A stretch of DNA of 63,661 bases, counting the filler, from Octopus bimaculoides (taxonomy: Eukaryota): NCBI RefSeq assembly GCF_001194135.2. It is 5 parts of 5 records of this genome, joined end to end, with 100 filler letters (N's around TTAATTAATTAA, not from the genome) between each part and the next. Parts side by side here need not be neighbours in the genome. Positions count along the whole stretch, not along the records: positions 58,908 to 63,661 come from NC_069002.1; 4 more parts are not named here. One strand, written 5' to 3'. The notes beneath the pieces are model-generated. The model saw only the letters and a program-made list of their open reading frames with translations, had not been told where the DNA came from and did not search any database. This document shows, one piece after another, positions 63,482 to 63,661 of this stretch. Each line of letters opens with the position of its first letter. The first letter of the stretch is position 1. The position numbers and the translations under genes were made by a program.

Positions 63482-63600
63482 GTAAGTTCAACATTCATCT
63501 CTATAGAGATTTTATTTCATACATGCATACATATACACACACACACATATACACACGCACTTATACATATATAGATATCCGTATGTGTGTGTGTATGCAT

Positions 63601-63661
<61 letters not shown>

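Overview
AT-rich, microsatellite-dense, gap-ridden animal genomic DNA. The SINE families and repeat style suggest a coleoid cephalopod such as Octopus (inference, not verified). Host genes: (1) a minus-strand chondroitin sulfate synthase (CHSY1-like). I can rebuild three spliced coding exons, 15088-14599, 8527-8373 (absent from the ORF track) and 2429-906, giving 722 aa; the N-terminal anchor exon was not found. (2) One plus-strand exon of an SLC17/sialin-like transporter at 63332-63481. The rest is mostly decayed mobile DNA: mariner, maT/DD37D and MITE elements, a hAT MITE nested in a mariner, RTE, R4/Dong, Tx1 and CR1-like LINE pieces, two Penelope fragments, Helentron-like elements, a solo LTR with a recognisable promoter, and about 30 tRNA-derived SINEs of three families. 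The most notable signal is a set of mutually unrelated long fold-back palindromes (5.5-6.1, 10.6-10.9, 28.5-28.8, 59.0-59.2, 60.9-61.2 kb). Three carry outward-facing minimal type I hammerhead ribozyme motifs, one per arm and strand. The 28.5-28.8 kb pair has an intact catalytic core. A further stand-alone hammerhead lies at 24.6 kb. All calls come from manual reading and no database searches were run. Repeat boundaries are approximate unless a TSD, TIR or splice site is quoted.
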